Shown here piece by piece: positions 62,770-64,000 of a stretch of 64,000 nucleotides of DNA. A program made the position numbers and the translations under genes. Origin of the DNA: an uncultured Flavobacteriales bacterium (GTDB taxonomy: Bacteria; Bacteroidota; Bacteroidia; Flavobacteriales_D; CALLUQ01); assembly GCA_938010565.1 (NCBI GenBank), contig CALLUQ010000069.1, forward strand, positions 3,400 to 67,399. Direction: 5' to 3'. Under the pieces are notes generated by a model. The model searched no databases. It had not been told where the DNA came from and saw nothing but the letters and a program-made list of their open reading frames with translations. Within the stretch, counting starts at the first letter, position 1. Each line of letters opens with the position of its first letter.

Positions 62770-64000
62770 TTACCCCACGCTTCCTTCCAGGCTGATGGCC
62801 AGTAATTTTTGTGCCTCTACAGCAAACTCCATGGGAAGTTTGTTCAATACTTCTTTGGCATAACCGTTAACAATCAAGCTGATTGCTTTTTCGGTATCGA
62901 TGCCGCGCTGGTTGCAGTAAAAGATCTGATCTTCTCCGATCTTAGAGGTCGTTGCTTCGTGCTCTACCTGGGCCGAAGGGTTTTCTACTTCTATGTAAGG
63001 AAAGGTGTGTGCACCGCAGCGGTCGCCCATCAGAAGGGAGTCGCATTGGGAAAAATTTCGTGCATTTTCTGCGTTTTTTCCGATTTTTACCAGGCCCCGA
63101 TAAGAATTCTGGCTTTTTCCGGCCGAAATGCCTTTCGAAATGATGGTGCTTTTGGTGTTTTTGCCGATATGGATCATTTTGGTTCCGGTATCTGCTTGTT
63201 GAAGTTTATTGGTGAGGGCTACCGAAAAGAATTCACCTACTGCATGATCCCCTTTCAAGATGCAGGAAGGGTATTTCCAGGTTATCGCCGATCCTGTTTC
63301 TACCTGTGTCCAGGAAATGGTGGATCGGTTGTGGCAAATGCCTCGTTTGGTCACAAAATTGTATACGCCTCCTTTGCCTTCATCATCACCGGGATACCAG
63401 TTCTGAACCGTAGAATATTTAATTTCGGCACCATCCAGAGCAATGAGTTCGACCACGGCTGCATGCAGTTGATTTTCATCGCGCATCGGAGCCGTACATC
63501 CTTCCAGGTAACTGACATAGCTATCCTCATCTGCGATTACCAAGGTTCTTTCAAACTGGCCGGTTTTGGCCTCATTGATCCTGAAATACGTAGAAAGCTC
63601 CATCGGGCAACGTACTCCTTTCGGGATGTAACAAAATGAACCATCGGTAAAAACAGCAGAATTTAATGCTGCATAAAAGTTATCGGAGCGCGGAACCACT
63701 GTGCCCAGGTATTTTTGTACCAATTGGGGGTGTTCCTGAACCGCCTCGCTGAAACTGCAAAAGATAATGCCCAATTCGGCCAATTTGGCTTTAAAAGTGG
63801 TGGCCACGGAAACACTGTCTACCACAATATCAACTGCTACTCCTGTCAACTTTTTTTGTTCATCCAGTGAGATGCCCAGTTTATCAAACGTTTTCAGCAA
63901 TTCCGGATCTACTTCATCCAGGCTCTTCGGGTTTTTCTTCTGCTTGGGAGCGGCATAATAATGAAAGCTCTGAAAGTCGGGCCGGGGATACTGTATATGG
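62770..64000 (-). CDS. sufB: Fe-S cluster assembly protein SufB (N-terminus beyond window end)
   Basis: The frame is open to base 63999 ([43 protein letters not shown]...). Contains [18 protein letters not shown] and [11 protein letters not shown]. Confidence 0.95.
   Translation of the reverse strand, partial: HIQYPRPDFQSFHYYAAPKQKKNPKSLDEVDPELLKTFDKLGISLDEQKKLTGVAVDIVVDSVSVATTFKAKLAELGIIFCSFSEAVQEHPQLVQKYLGTVVPRSDNFYAALNSAVFTDGSFCYIPKGVRCPMELSTYFRINEAKTGQFERTLVIADEDSYVSYLEGCTAPMRDENQLHAAVVELIALDGAEIKYSTVQNWYPGDDEGKGGVYNFVTKRGICHNRSTISWTQVETGSAITWKYPSCILKGDHAVGEFFSVALTNKLQQADTGTKMIHIGKNTKSTIISKGISAGKSQNSYRGLVKIGKNAENARNFSQCDSLLMGDRCGAHTFPYIEVENPSAQVEHEATTSKIGEDQIFYCNQRGIDTEKAISLIVNGYAKEVLNKLPMEFAVEAQKLLAISLEGSVG

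Noticed and set aside
62809-63639. 276-aa plus-strand ORF antisense to sufB
   Set aside because: It is a shadow ORF within the highly conserved sufB.
1-64000. CRISPR arrays, tRNA/rRNA genes, integrases, restriction-modification or known defence-system genes
   Set aside because: I read through all the intergenic gaps. I found no regularly spaced direct repeats, no tRNA-like T-arm (GGTTCGAATCC-type) sequences and no cas, RT, integrase or nuclease-helicase ORFs.

Overview
This is a 64-kb window from a Bacteroidota chromosome. The evidence is T9SS/gliding-type envelope genes, Bacteroidota-typical DUF proteins and frequent TTG/GTG starts. Every family assignment below comes from reading motifs by eye; no searches were run.

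Most of the window is housekeeping:
- aspS (5' truncated) and nadK
- the conserved envelope cluster: two DUF6089-like barrels, uppS, bamA, skp, skp, murI
- a BCCP-like protein, rnhA, marC, purN, secA
- a PduO-type adenosyltransferase, an ABC ATPase, rplU-rpmA, an Nfu-type protein
- beta- and gamma-class carbonic anhydrases, gatA, tatA
- a full suf cluster (sufB-C-D-S-E-sufT-DUF2480), with sufB running off the 3' edge

Less ordinary content:
1. A PorV/PorQ-family barrel abuts an oversized (1720 aa) PorU-like C25 peptidase. A PMT/TMTC-like GT-C membrane protein follows, with a convergent SGNH/DltD-like gene. PorW/SprE lies about 5 kb away and a T9SS-CTD cargo gene is also present.
2. A roughly 6-kb island sits between purN and secA. 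It carries an adhesin-like protein ending in a Cys-rich transmembrane anchor. It also carries a protein of about 842 aa with no signal peptide and an internal tandem duplication of a five-cysteine module, split by a frameshift at an A5 run. Divergent from that gene is an ECF-type sigma factor translationally coupled to a TM/TPR partner.
3. A small CC-motif protein, a TonB-dependent receptor and an HMA-domain protein with a Cys/Lys-rich tail form a cluster.
4. Decayed mobile DNA is scattered through the window: scrambled Rhs/YD fragments, five same-orientation copies of an ISAs1-type transposase 3' end, and IS4-like, IS5-like and Rpn/PD-(D/E)XK-type fragments.

I recognised no rRNA, tRNA or CRISPR array. 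My best candidates for a novel system are items 1 and 2.
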